Source: the human T2T-CHM13v2.0 reference genome, Homo sapiens
Assembly: GCF_009914755.1 (NCBI RefSeq)
Contig: NC_060926.1
Length of the DNA stretch: 64,000 nucleotides
Reading direction: 5' to 3' (one strand)
Shown: in pieces, positions 40,145-53,787 of the stretch
Layout: each line of letters starts with the position of its first letter
Position numbering within the stretch: the first letter of the stretch is position 1
Notes under the pieces: model-generated
Told to the model about the DNA's origin: nothing
Databases searched by the model: none
What the model saw: the letters and a program-made list of their open reading frames with translations, nothing else
Translations under genes and position numbers: made by a program

Positions 40145-41651
40145 CCATCTATTTCATGTACAAAGATTAAGAGTTGAAGACATGACATTTCTCAAACTTG
40201 AGAAATACAGAAAAATACAAGTTGAATAGAAAGTTATATGTGAGTGAGACAAGAAGAGTTCTAGATTTTGGGTGAATTTGGCCTTGATTTCTTTTCTGCT
40301 GTTTATGTTAGGGTGAGCTTGTATTCATTCAGAGGCTAAAGTAAAAGGGGTTGCTAATACCTACCTCATGGAGCCATTATGAAAATTAAATAAAATTACG
40401 TGAGAAAGTAGCTAGCACATTGTAATATTTTATCAAATGCTGCCTGAAGAATATTGAATGTAATTTAGCAAAATATTATGAACTTCATTTGAAATTAGAA
40501 CATTCTCAGGGAAGGTGGGGAAGTGTCCCTGCCTGGAAGTTTCTCTCATCCATGAACAGTTATGCATAAGAGAAAGAGGCTGTATAATAGAATGGTTGTG
40601 GAATGTGATTATAACCAGGACTATTGGCTTGGATAGTTTATGTGTCTGTTGCCGCCCCACAGACGGCAGATTTTGAGCTCCTTAAAGACTGGTAATTTCT
40701 GATTTATTTCTGTATCTTCAGATGCCAAAACAGAGCTAATTACATAGTTGATACACAGTAACTGTTTTTTGAATGAAGAAATGGGTGGATGGATGGATGA
40801 ATGAAAGTGATGAAGAAATTTGTTGTTGACAGAAGCCAAATGTGCTCATGAGAACCAGTTTCTTACATAACAAGTTCTCCTGTGGATAACACATGGCCAG
40901 AAGAGTGAATTCAAATGTGTTTCAAGGAAGACACTCAGTGTCACAATGATGTACTCTGCTTTGCTTTAGGAACCGTGATAAAATCTGATTTCCCTATTTC
41001 ACCTCTGAAATATATTTTTATTTCTTTCAAGGAATTACTTTAAAATAAATATAGATGTAACACTATTATAAAGGAGGCTCTTATTACATATATTGAGATA
41101 CAACACTGCCTAATTCTAGCCCCTGAAACATGACAACTGCATGAAATAAAAGGCCAGTACAGCTGTCCTGATGGCCAGTGTTAGTCCTGATCCTCAACTC
41201 TAGAATTAGAATATATTTTTCTAGAATTATTTTTACAAAGCTCTCTACAACAGAGGATTTAAGGACAAGTAAAAAAGACTTACTGCTAGTAGAGGTTTTA
41301 TTTAATCACTGTTATCCTCATTATAAATAAGAAATATTTTTTATTGCTTCCTTCAGACACAGCATTTTACTAAATGCTGCCCTCTGTCTCATGATATAAC
41401 CTTTATAAATTCAATACACTAATATAAATTTGAAGTCATTAAAATTGCTTAATAATTCCTGAGGCCAACATATAGCTCTGGTGTTTACAGTATCTAAGAT
41501 GAGATTTAGAAATACCACAGCAGGTCAAGATAAGGTAAACTTTTTTATTTGGAGGGAAAAAACTTTTTGTGTTACTGAATAGTTTCAGTTTTTCCAAGAT
41601 TATATTGTCAGCTATTTTCTTTAAATATTGCAAAGTTGTGGGGAAAGTGTT

Positions 41652-42015
41652 TGTATTAGTCCATTTTCATACTGCTGTGAAGAAATACCCAAGACTGGGT
41701 AATTTATAGAGAAAAAGAGATGTAATGGACTCACAGTTTCACATGGTTGGAAAGACCTCACAATCATGGTGGAAGGTGAAGGAGGAGCAAAGGCACGTCT
41801 TATATGGTGACAGGCAAGAGAGCATGTGCAGGGGAACTGCCCTTTATAAAACCATTAGATCTCATGAGACTTATTCACTATGACAAGAACAGCATGGGAA
41901 AAACACACCCCCATGATTCAATTATCTGCCACTGGCTTTCTCTCACAACACATAGGGATTATGGGAGCTACAATTCAAAATAAGATTTGCATGGAGACAC
42001 AGCCAAATCATATTG
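41652..42015 (-). mobile_element. THE1 solo LTR (THE1C/D-like)
   Basis: tgtattagtccattttcatactgctg...gcaggggaactgccctttataaaacc...acacagccaaatcata; TSD gt(g/a)tt. Confidence 0.88.
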
Positions 42016-42290
42016 GTATTACTTTCGCCAGAGCTAAAGAAGGTCCTAGAATTTTGCATACTATGCTGGGTTAGGCAAGTATAGCACACAGTGGTGATTA
42101 GCTATGCAATGTCTATTTCCTTTTCCCTGTTTCCTTGTTTGGATATCCCTAATATTATTTAAGGTAGAAATAGGTTCCATTAAATATTTACCTTCTCTAC
42201 TCTTGCACTAGGCATACATGTGAACCAGTTGTTAATAATAAGAAGTGGAATTCTGCTGAGCATTCCTGGCTCAGTTTCTGCCTTCCTTAC

Positions 42291-43115
42291 TGTTATGGGC
42301 TGAATGTATGTGTCCCTGTATTAGTTTGTTTTGCATTGCTGTAAAGGAATGCCTGAGGCTGGGCAATTTATGAAGAAAAGAGGGTTATTTGGCTCATGGT
42401 TCTTCAGGCTACATAAGAAGTATGGTGCCAGCATCTGGTCAGTTGCTAGCGAGACCTCAGAAAACTTTTACTCATTGTGGAAGGTGAAGAGGAAGCAGGC
42501 ATGTTTCATGGAAAGAGAAAGAACAAGAGAGAGGAATCAAGAGAAAGGGAGGAGGAGACAAGCTCTCTTAAACAACCAGCTCTGGTGTGAAGTCAAAGAA
42601 TTAGAACTCACTCATAACTGCAGGGAGGGTACCAAGCCGTTTATGAAGGATCTGCTCCCATGACCCAAGCGACCCACTAGGCCCTACCTCCAACATTGGA
42701 GATCATATTTCAGCATGAGATTTGGAGGTAATAAACATCCAAACTATATCAGTCCCCTAGTAAAGTTCATATGTTGAAGTCATAGCTCCTGATGTGACAG
42801 TATTAAGAGGTAGGATCTTTGGAAAGTAGTTAGGTTTACATTAGATTGTGAAGATGGGGCCTTTGTGATGGGATTAATGCCCTTTTAAGAACAGGGGGAA
42901 AGATGGTTCTTCCATAAGCATTCAAAGAGTAATGACCATCAGAGCTCCTAGCAGGAAGAGGGCTGTCTAGAAAGTGGTCCCTCACCAGACACGGATATGC
43001 CAGGACTCAGAACCTTGAACTTGGACTGCCCAGCCTCTAGATAAATAAATTTCTCTTGTTTAAGTCACACAGTTTATGGCATTTTTTTGTATTAATAGCA
43101 GCCTGAGCAAAGACA
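42291..43115 (+). mobile_element. MLT1A/B-like LTR split by an MSTB insertion, itself inside an older MLT1J/K-like LTR (~42150-43430)
   Basis: tgttatgggctgaatgtatgtgtccc|...|ctagtaaagttcatatgttgaagtc...ctgagcaaagaca; flanks cttac/ctgac. Confidence 0.75.
42317..42751 (-). mobile_element. MSTB-like MaLR solo LTR
   Basis: tgtattagtttgttttgcattgctgtaaaggaa...catccaaactatatca; TSD gtccc at 42312-42316 and 42752-42756. Confidence 0.87.
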
Positions 43116-44110
43116 CTGACAAAGAGGATAATGAGCTGGTTGCTATCCCTCTCCCTCCTAATTCTTTCTGCTTTGAATGCAGATGTGATATCCAAAGCTT
43201 AAGCAGCTGTCTTGTAATCATTGAGTGATAAGTACAGGATAAAAGCCAACATACTAAGGATGGAAGAAGAGAGGAAAATGCAAGATCTTGTGTCCTTGAT
43301 GGCATCTTCAAGCAGCTAACATGTTGTAATCATTTACTTTCGAACTTCTTGTTACCTGGGAAAAGGAAACCCTTATCTGTTTAAATTACTGCAAGTTGGG
43401 TTTCCTGCTATTTGCAGTTGAAAGCAGCCATAAAAGTAAAATATGGCGATGGTTCATTATTATTCAAGTTTCCTGTCTACAAATAGATATTTAGTTTTTG
43501 TTTCTTAGCAATTTCACAAAGCAGCTGAATGTAATATGAAAAAGGACTATCTTCATGAAGTCAACCTTCTCAACAAATAAAAATTTGAAGGCGTAACTAG
43601 GTAGAATCTCTTTAAGAAAAATCGTTTAAACCCCAAATATTTCTAATAAATGTTCCAAAAAACTCTTATTATCTGGAGAAATCACTGACTTTAATAACAG
43701 CCTTTGCAGTGGCATTTTTAAAAGGCTTTTTGCTTTTTTTGGCCACTCCTCAGAAGATACTAGTATGAAAAACACACTTTTATCAGTACATGGAAGACTG
43801 TATTTTCAGGCAGTCTTCAATCATGACTAAAAGTATGTTTCTGTAATGAACCAGCAAGACTGGGGTGATTTTGTTAGTTAATTTGAAGGATCAGACATTA
43901 AAGTATCTAAAAATACAATTCAAATACCAACATTTACTTTCAAATCATTTGTAACAGTTATTGGAGGACTGCGTTTCACCAATTTCTTAACTATATATTT
44001 GCCTGCCTATGTATTTATGTATTTAATAGAGGCTCATAACTACTAGAAGTATTTGGGGACTGAGATATATTCATTACTGATTGGCATCCTGAAGATATCA
44101 TTTGCATTTC

Positions 44111-44398
44111 TTTTTTTTTTTCTTGAGACAGAGTCTCGCTCTGTCTGGAGTGCAATGGCACAATCTTGGCTCACTGCAACCGCTGCCTCCCAGGTTCAAG
44201 CAATTCTCCTGCCTCAGACTCCTGAGTAGCTGGGACTACAGGTGCGCACCACTATGCCTGGCTAATTTTTGTATTTTTCATAGAGACAGGGTTTTGCCAT
44301 GTTGGCCAGGCTGGTCTCGAACTCCTGACCTCAGGTGATCTACCTGCCTTGGCCTCCCAAAGTGCTGGGATTACAGGCACGAGCCACTGTGCCCAGCC
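44111..44398 (-). mobile_element. AluSx-like
   Basis: ggccaggctggtctcgaactcctgacctcaggtgatc; TSD tgcat(t/g)tct. Confidence 0.92.
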
Positions 44399-47300
44399 TG
44401 CATGTCTATTTTTTCATGGAGCCTTCTATTTTTATAACCTGGAATGCTCTTGATATGTGCTGTCCATTTTCAATGTCATCACAATGTTTCCCCGGGTTCA
44501 GCTGTAATCATCTCACATTTCCCAAGTCACTACCTAGTCCTGGGTATACCAGAGCCAAGGACTGAGGTAATTAGATTTCAGGCTAAAAAGCAACTATGGT
44601 TTTTGAGAATTTAACTTTTCTTTTGTTTTAGATTACACTAGGGGTATTTTTTTTTTTAAGTTGCAATGATCCAAATTCTTGTACAGTTAAGTAAATAGGC
44701 CTGGGCTATAGAGAAAAAAAACAACAAATATCAACCATCCAACCAACCAACCAGCCAACCAAACAAAATGCTTTGGCCTACATGGAGAATCATTCTAAAA
44801 CAAAGCTATAAAATAGGACAAATTTCTTGTCAATGTCCTTCTCATTACCTATTCTATTTCCCCCTCTCCTTTCATAAAACTGTACAAAGAAATTCAGTCT
44901 CTTCATGTTGTCTGAGGTTCTATATTCTAAATATGTTTACATATTCTATTTCTAACCAAGCAAACAGGCCATGTGTCCTATTCCTTCAGCATTACTTTCT
45001 TGACTATATGTCATGTTGAACTGGATATATGCCATTTTAAATAATGCCTTAATATACTTATCCTCCAAATTTACTTGAATTATAAAATAATGAAATCGCT
45101 TATTTAAAGTAACTTACAGCTATTCGGAGACACTAATAGCTTTAATAGAGGCTCATAACTACTAGAGGTACTTGGGGAATTAGGTATATTCTTGTTTTCT
45201 CACAAACATTAGATAGATGTTTTTCTTTCTATATCACCTTTAAAATGGTTGACTTTACCTTAATGTCTTCACACAGCTCCCAACCAATGGGAGAAATAAA
45301 ATTATAAAAACCATTTTTTAAGATGATAAATGGCACCGAAGAGAGATTTAGCTACTCTCCTCATTATTTTCAATGTCACACAATGACTTGGTGTGGATGG
45401 AGCTGAATTTACCCCATTTTCAATTTAGCATGTTCACCATAAATTACTACAGACTTTATGGCTGTTTTTTTTTCTTTTTTTGCCTTGACCATTACTTATT
45501 ATGAAACAGTCAAGGTCAGCTTTTCAATTTTATCAGTGAGCAGTTGCATGGAAGCCAACTGGATTGGCTGAGAGTTGAAGGATCAGAGTCAGCCCCAAAT
45601 AGCCAGATTGACCATGCAACAATTTCCTCTTAAAATGTGATCACCTGTAACCTAACTCCTGATAAATATAACTCAATGTTATTTAAATACCATCCTGAAG
45701 GAACAGTGCACCATTCCAAAAGCATTTTTCTTCAGCTGGACTGTTAACTAAATGACCATGTACTCTGAATAATAAGACCATTGGAAGATTTGTTATAGAT
45801 TTTGGTGTGCAAACAGTAACCACTTTGAATTCACATAACACGCATTTTTTTTTAAACCTTCTTTTAGCTGACATACAATACAGAGAAAAGAACTCTAAGT
45901 CATAGTCTCAGGGGAGCAGGCGGAAAGTGGGTGGACAGAGGAGGGGAGCCTTGCAAAACCTGAGTACGTGGTCTGGTGCTAACACTCTCTGATACAGATG
46001 TTTCCATTTCTGTTGCTGTGAGAAAGAAAGCCAAATGTGACCATTTGTCAACACCTGAAGAAAACTTTGAAGAGGTGACTGTGAATCATATAAAAGCCTT
46101 TTCTAAGCAACAAGTTGTCAGAGAAAAAATTACTCAATCTAAGAAAGGGAAACATTAAATGGACATACAGAATTGCTTTGAAAGCTAAAAAAAAAAAAAC
46201 AAAAACTCAGTTGGTTAAACTTTTGCAATATATAAAACTCCATAATTCTCTTTTCAAATATTTTTCCTTTTGAAGCAGATTTATTAAGAAAATCCTTAGG
46301 TTATCATAGTTCTTGTCAGCAGCAGTAAAATGCTTTAGAATGACTGAATCATTCTTTTGAATTCTATGATATTATTTTGAAGCTGAGATTTATGTACAGA
46401 AGAAAGGATCTGAGAACCTCTGTATTTACCTTCTACTCCCTATGATTGAAAACATGGAGAAAACATGTGTTTAAATTAGCACATGATCTCTGCTCTTCTC
46501 AGGTTAGTAGATCCTACAGGAGACCCATTTTTCACACTTTGTTGCTTTCAAACTTCAAAAATAAGCAGCAAACGGTCATTATTTTCTCTTCTTATTGCTG
46601 TAAAAAGTGGAAGATACTTTGAAGAGCACTTTTATCAAAGCAGAAGTTTTCTGTATTCCGGATGTTGTTTGTCTTACACAATAGAATTTGAGTATGTTAT
46701 GTGTTTCCTGATTAGTATTTCTGATTAGGACATAGATAATCATCTGAAGTAAGTGCTGCTGGATATTTTTGGACTTCACATAAATATACATGAATGTGGG
46801 TGGCAGGAGCATAGTAAATAACACAACACTGAGTGATTAGAGTCTAATATGCTATGTTGTCAGGGACGAAATGTGGGTTCAATTTCCAGTTGTAGCCTCT
46901 TATAACTCATCCAGATCTTAGTGTAATAGGGACTGACCGTGTATGAATGTGTGTTTAATGTTTTCTCTCAAACCAGGAAGAGTCAGACTTCTAATTTCGG
47001 AATTATACTTCCCTCTTTAATGTTCATTTGTGATTTGAAGTATGTGATCAATTACATGGGTACATTCTGCATAGTTGGGTATTGTTAAAGGTCTTTCTAA
47101 GAAGAAAGGAAGATAGACAAATAATACACAAATAAATAAAAATAAATTGTGTTCATTAGACTGAGGCATTAATTATATTGAAACTTTGAAAATTTGTAAA
47201 CATTTTTAAATTTTCACTTCTTTTTCAATCCATCTTTGTGCCAGGTGGCAGACAACCTCTGGTGCACTCATGAATGTCTAGTATCCTGCGTGCTAGCAAT

Positions 47301-49379
47301 TCATTGCTGACCCTAGTGTCAATTCACAGACCAGTCCCTCCTCTCCCCATTCACAGCTGCTTCTCTGCAAGTGGCATGAGAAACTGGACTATGCATTCCT
47401 TTGTTTACCTTATAGTGATGAATCTGAGATGCAGAGATGAAGACATTGGCCTTGAGGTATGGCCTGACACCACACCAAAGACAAGAATTCAGGGCTTTTT
47501 AATTCCCAGTTCTGTGAAACATCAGCTTTTATTTTCTCTTCATTTCAGCTTCATAGTATCTTCTCTAAATCAGGCTCAGTGGGCATACTACAAATGCTGA
47601 CTGCCAAACACTGGCACTTAACACCCTGTAAATGAGCTGTCAGGACTTGCAGGACAAGAAGCTACAGTATATAATCTGGAGCTTGCTTCAAAAAGGCAAA
47701 TTGATCCTATAATTTCAATTCTTATTCCCTTCTTAAATTCCACTGACATGGCCAAAGGAATATAAAAACATGAAAAAATCTGTATGAGTTTCAAAACAAA
47801 TAAGCCTGTCTCCTGTATGCCAGAGGAATCTAGGTAAGATACAGTGCAAGTGACAATAAGTTCCAGAAAGGGCTCTGGCCAGCCTGTGAGTTGCTGTGTG
47901 GGAGCTACAGCTGGCTTGAGAAGTAAGCAGATGCAATCCCAAGTAGAGTACTGCACTGGAAGTGGTGTCAGGTGAAGGAAGGAGCAAGTCTTTGAGAAGT
48001 TAGGGCGGACAGTAAATCCCAGTTCTTCCATAAACTGTTGGGGATGTGCAGATGCCAACAAATAGTGGCAGGCATCTGCATGCATTCTCAGCTAGCATTT
48101 GATGAATGGATGAGCTTTAGGGTGCTGCCAATATGGGATGTTTTCCTCTCTGGGCTGGACCATATACCTAAGATCTTGTATAGAGTTCAGAGTGTAATTT
48201 CTGGGTTTCAAAATCAGAGCCTGTTTCACGATTTTCACATACACTTATATCTCTTACAAATTCTGTTTCCCATCCTATATTTCCTCAGCTTAAAGGTGGG
48301 TGTCTTTACATGTCTGAATGTTCTTCACCACAGGAGTATATGTTCCCAGAATGCTAGGAGAGGGATGGGGTAGTAATAGCTGAGGGTGTCCGGCCTTAAA
48401 TTTCAGTCTCAGTGGGTTGGGCTTGGCTTCTCTTCCAGCATGTTGGGAGCATTGCCCTGAACTTTAGCTCCTTTGCCCAGGGCACAGGGGGCACAGAGAG
48501 CAGAGTTTCTTCACTGATGTTGGAATCTGTTCATAGTCTTCTAGAGCTCTATACCCCCAAAGGACTCTTTTTAGGTAAAAACGTATTAAACCTGCCTGGT
48601 TGGATTCCATTTAATTTAGACAAAATTCCAGCTTCTCTCTCAATCCATAGGAATTTATCTACATCTAAAAGTTTCCTATTGAAAACACTAGATGCATGGG
48701 ATTTGTATTTCCTATTTATTCCTTTTCAGTACATCTGTGCAGCATTTTATGGGAACTACATCAGATCTTGTCTAGGAGCAATGGTTTTTACGTTAAACCT
48801 AAAAATATTTTACAAAAACATTTTAAACAATATTTTTTTCATAAAGTGGAAAAATCATTCTATGGATGGCACCAAGGGGAATTTGTGTCTTTTGGGGGCA
48901 TTTTCCCGATGACCCCCGTTAAGAGTGAGCTAAGTATAGCCATGGCCCTGCCCACGACTTGCTTCTAGTAAGAGAACTCATGTCAGTTAGAAAAGGGAGG
49001 GCAATAGTCTTGTTTATTTTGAGACTCACGGGCAAACTTTGAACAGCAACTCTTCACCACAGTGGAGACCCTGACCTGAGGTCGCTTCTGCCCACCTCCA
49101 CCTTTGCCTCCTCACCGACAATCCGACTCCGACCTGTGGAAACAGACCCCAGCAAAGTTGAAAGCAGCTGTCTTTCCTTATATGGAGTACAAAGAAATAG
49201 AGGGAACATGACAATCTTTTTAAAAAGTCTCCTTTCCTAATTCTGAACAATAGATGGTTCTTTTTCTCCCAGCCAACCACCAACAACCACCTATACTTTA
49301 AGAATGAACAAATAGAGAAAAATCAACGGACATATGAAAAAGCATCAGTCCTTCATCAGAAAGAGATTTAAAGAATCAG

Positions 49380-50350
49380 AGCAAAAATCTCCCAATGAAT
49401 CCAACTTACTACACAGAACTAGAGGTAACTTCAGAAACTCTATTTTGTATTTTTGAAGACTTAGAAGGATGTTGCATCTATGAAAAGGGAACACTTTAAG
49501 ATAAATAAAAGAATAAAAAACCACAGCCTTGAACTTTATAATATAAAAATACCACAATGAATCTTTTCTATACTTTAAATATAATCAAAATAAAAATCTT
49601 CCTCTTCACAGCATACAATACTGTGCAGATATAGCAAATGCATGCTACAGAAGAAAGGTAGACATGGACACCAGAATGCAGAGAAAGTTAACAGTGATGT
49701 AGAGATATTTACCATGAATTTAAGAAGACTCATGATGAATTATTTAGGAGATAGAATATAATGGGAACTCCAGAGAAGGAGAGAGAGAAGGATAATACCA
49801 AAGAAACAATAAACCAAAAAATTACAAAATTTCCCCAAGCTCAAGAGAGACTTGAATCTCCATGTCAGTTATATAACTGGACAAAATTAATTAAAATGAT
49901 CCATATTTAGATAATCTTGTTGAAGTATCCAGGAAGAAAATTATTGTGGCTGCCAATCATACTTTTCCTAGGAAGTATTCAATACTATAATAGAAGACAA
50001 TGAAACAGCTAGAGTTTTGCAGCAAAAATCATTGTGACCCAAGTGCTGTACATCCTGCTAAAGATTATTCATGTGCAAGAGCAGTAGAAAGACACTCTCA
50101 GGCATGAAAGAAATCAGAAAGCAAATTACCAATGTGCTGTTCTTGAAAATATAAATCAATAAAGTATTTGTTACCAACTAAGAAATGCATTGACATGAAC
50201 TTATGAATGAGAAAGATGGAAAAAAAATGGCAGAGAGAAACTAAGCCAGTAAAACACAGAGGTAAAGCTGAATGATTATTGTCATGACTATACAGTTATT
50301 GAAAAAATAAAAATATAATGGGAGGAATAGTAAATAGCATCTTAAAAAAA
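49380..50350 (+). mobile_element. Ancient L1M/HAL1-like ORF1 remnant
   Basis: Degenerate ORF1 hallmarks aaatttccccaagctcaag (NFPKLK) and gacccaagtgctgtacatcctgctaaa (P...YPAK-like). Confidence 0.5.
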
Positions 50351-50389
50351 TCCCAGATTATTCCCATAAAAGCTAGGAGATGGGGTGGT

Positions 50390-50870
50390 ATGATAAAGGG
50401 TGTTCATTGTTCACAGAAATCCATTCTGCCCTCCTGCCCCAGAAGTAGAGTTGAGGCTGAGTTAGTTAGACAATGGTTTTTGTTCAGTTAGCCTCAGCTA
50501 GTGCTTGCTGATATAATGGCCATGTGACTATCTTCTTATAAATGGTAATCCAGTTAGACTACTGTATACTTAGTGCTCCCCAATATATGTGGCTATATAA
50601 GTACTTCTTATAAATAAAATGAGAGCAGAAGTGATGATTTCCACTTCTAGGTCTTACTGAACCTTAAGTATGAGATGGCAACAGTGCCCAAGTGGGTGGG
50701 GGACGATGTCTTGGGAGGAACTTGGGTTCCTGATTACATAAGGAGCTGTCCTGCTGATCCGGACCATTCACATATGGACTCTTAAGTGAGTGAGAAATGA
50801 ACTTCCTTCTTGAGTCACTGTGTCATTGGAACTTTTTGCTACAGTAGAGTAGCTTTACCCTGACCTATGT
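50390..50870 (+). mobile_element. MLT1I/J-like LTR remnant
   Basis: ggccatgtgacta...aatgagagcagaagtgatg...cacttctagg...gtgagtgagaaatgaactt. Confidence 0.55.
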
Positions 50871-51609
50871 AGGTGGTGTGAGAGGAAGAAAAGTTGTGCT
50901 TAAAGTAATACATGGGATTATCCTTGTGGAGACAAACTACAATCTAAACATATCATATTTTTATGACAATTAGATCATCTTATACATATTGTTTTGAGCT
51001 TGATTTTTACATGAAATAATATATTTTAGTCATTCTCCATGCCAATATATAAAGTTACACATTATTTTTAACTTTCAAATAGTATTCTATAGTATGACAG
51101 CTCTATAATATATTGAATTATTTCTTCTATGTGGGAATTACATGTTTTCCCTAATGTTGGGCTATTATAAATAATTCTATAGTGAAATGTTATATGCACA
51201 TGTGGAGGAATTTCTATAGATTAGATTATTCTAGGTGTGGAATTTCTGGTGTAAAGGCATGCATATAGGGATTGCAAAATTGAGCTCTGGAGATCAGGGA
51301 GGGTCAGAGGTAAGTGTTCTAAGTGGTTCTCTTGGCAGCCTCTTGCCCTGCTGGTATTTATGGTTGGCTGGAGTCTGCAGCTGGTATAATTCAAGATTTT
51401 CCCCTCTTGGCTTGGTTGGGGCCCAGCGGAGCCCCTGGCTAACTCAGCCCTACTTCAGATTCCATTGGCTAGAAGCTCCTGTATGAATGCAGTATCCTTT
51501 AGGAGTCTGCTAAAATTTCTCAGGGTCACCTTTTCTTGCTCTGGTAGCCTCCATGGCAAGACTGGTGATTAACTTACTGTCTATACCACCTGACTTAAAA
51601 GTGGTTTGA

Positions 51610-51905
51610 GGCTGGGCGCGGTGGCTCACGCCTGCAATTTCAGCACTTTGGGAGGCCGAGGCAGGTGGATCACCTGAAGTCAGGAATTCGAGACCAGCCT
51701 GGCCAACATGGTGAAACCCCGTCCGTACTAAAAATACAAAAATTAGCTGGGCGTGGTGGTGGGCACCTGTAATCCCAGCTACTCGGGGGGCTGAGGCATG
51801 AGAGAATCGCTTGAACCGGGAGTTGGAGGTTGCAGTGAGCCGAGATCGAGCCACTGCACTCCACACCACAGAGTGAGACTCCGTCAAAAAAAAAAAGAAA
51901 AGAAA
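51610..51905 (+). mobile_element. AluSx-like
   Basis: 13-bp TSD aaaagtggtttga at 51597-51609 and 51906-51918; ggatcacctga and cctggccaacatgg. Confidence 0.93.
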
Positions 51906-53023
51906 AAAAGTGGTTTGAGAAGGCTAAGCTCCCTTCTAGATAATGCTGCACTACCAGATTGCTGTGGTAACACCCTGGGTAGGGTTAGAAAGCAGCCTGA
52001 GAGGTTGTTTCCAGTTTTCTAAACAGGCATGGGGCAATAACTCCCCTTTTGGCTTCACTACTACTACAGATGACATAATATACCTTCCCCTCACTGAACT
52101 AGAGCCCTGAAATGGCAAATCTGGTCCCCCATCTAAGTATTATTCTTTTTATTTCTTAATCCCCCCTTTTTCCACTCTGTCTTTCTCTCTTGCTTAAAAG
52201 TTCTTCCTGGGAGGGGGCAAGTTTCTTTCATGTTCCATGTATAATATCTTCCATCTTTCTGACTCATGCTTAGCCTTACCAGTGGTGAAATAGATCTCCT
52301 CTAGACTAGAAAAGAACTTTATGAACAAACTTCTCCTATTTTGATTGCTTTTATGTTAAAGATGGAGATGAAGAAATTTGAGAAATACTTAGCAAGACAT
52401 GCCAAACTATTGTCTGTTACATATTTCTATTTTGAAAGATAGCTGCATTATATTTCCTTAGTCTTTCTTTTCTGAACAAATGTGAGTTTCTCCCAGGCAG
52501 ATAGACGCTTAAGGAGGAAAAATGGCAAAAATCTTATACTTGGAAAGGCAAAAGAGAAAAGCACACTAAAAATTATATATCTATGTATGTGTATATCCCC
52601 AACTTTATGCATTTAAAATGTTGACAGTTCTTGCTAATTTAATCTAAAAAAGATTTTCTACTTTAGAGTTCCTTCAATAGTACATGAATGTGGCTCTTTT
52701 TTTCATGCTCTTGCCAAACAATGGACATACTTTTTTTTTTTTTACTTTTTGTTAACTTAATAAATATATGTCTAATTTGTTTTAGTTTCCATTTCTTACC
52801 ACTAGAAAAGACTGTGCATCTTTTCTTGTTTATTTGTTACTTATTTTTCTTCTTTTGTTAGCGGCATGTGAACGTCCTTTCATAATTTCCTACTGAGTTG
52901 TTTCACTTTTCTTAAATATTTAAATTTCTTATTGATTGTGTGAGCTAATATACAATCAATGCTACATGTTAAGCACTTAATAAATACAGCGTCTAATACA
53001 TAGCAATAACTCAATATAGGTTG

Positions 53024-53717
53024 TGTCAAAGAAATAAAATTAAAAACAAAATTTTCTCCCAACCCAGGAACGTCTTCACAAAGGCAGTAGAGGAAGAAAA
53101 TGGTTTTATTATTGAATAAGCATCACGACAGAATGTGGTGCGCCTCACAGGCAACCCACTAAGAAATTGTGAAGATAAAAAGGAATCTCATCCTTTTATA
53201 CAGGCAAGAGAATAAAACCCATCACAAAATGTTTTCAAGATAAATAATAACTAGTCTTCAAGTAAGCGGACTGGATAGCACCATTTGTTAAACATAGTTC
53301 ATCCTAGATTCATCTGGTACTTGGGGTGACCATCTGTGTTAGCTCATTGGCTTTATCCAGAGGAAAAACAAACTTTTAATAGCTTTTTGACAAGAGGCAG
53401 TTTTGCAACTTGGAGCAAGGTGCCTGACAAAATTAGGCTTCTAGCCTCCCACAGTAAGGGAAAATAGGGGCGCTAACTTCCTTTATAATTCGTTTTCAAA
53501 GAGATGGCTCCCAGGTCCTTGACAAAGCCATTCCTGGGACATTAAGCTGACAAGAGGCCTATCTAGTTTTCAAAAGGTTTATATACATTTCAAAGGGATG
53601 AGAAAGTGCCTTTATAGTACGTGTTTTAAGTAAAACAAAAGGAAGACAGGAAAATTTCTTTCCTTGTTTTCAACGGAGAATTAAGCTTCTTAGTTTTAAT
53701 TTGTATTTGTCTGCACA
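53024..53717 (-). mobile_element. ERV1-class solo LTR, MER67C-like
   Basis: TG...CA termini with a 4-bp TSD gttg at 53020-53023 and 53718-53721; minus-strand start tgtgcagacaaatacaaattaaaactaagaagcttaattctcc; tttatt (AATAAA on -) near 53105. Confidence 0.75.
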
Positions 53718-53787
53718 GTTGCTGATAATATGATCTTTGTTGTCTGCATGTGCTTTATATATTAGGAATATTACATTTTAGTTTATA

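Noticed and set aside
43793-43818. 8-bp stem hairpin gaagactg/cagtcttc
   Set aside because: Expected by chance in 64 kb; no RNA-gene context
47618-48968. 155-aa and 166-aa ORFs in unique sequence
   Set aside because: Non-ATG or weak starts, no recognisable domain and composition typical of non-coding DNA
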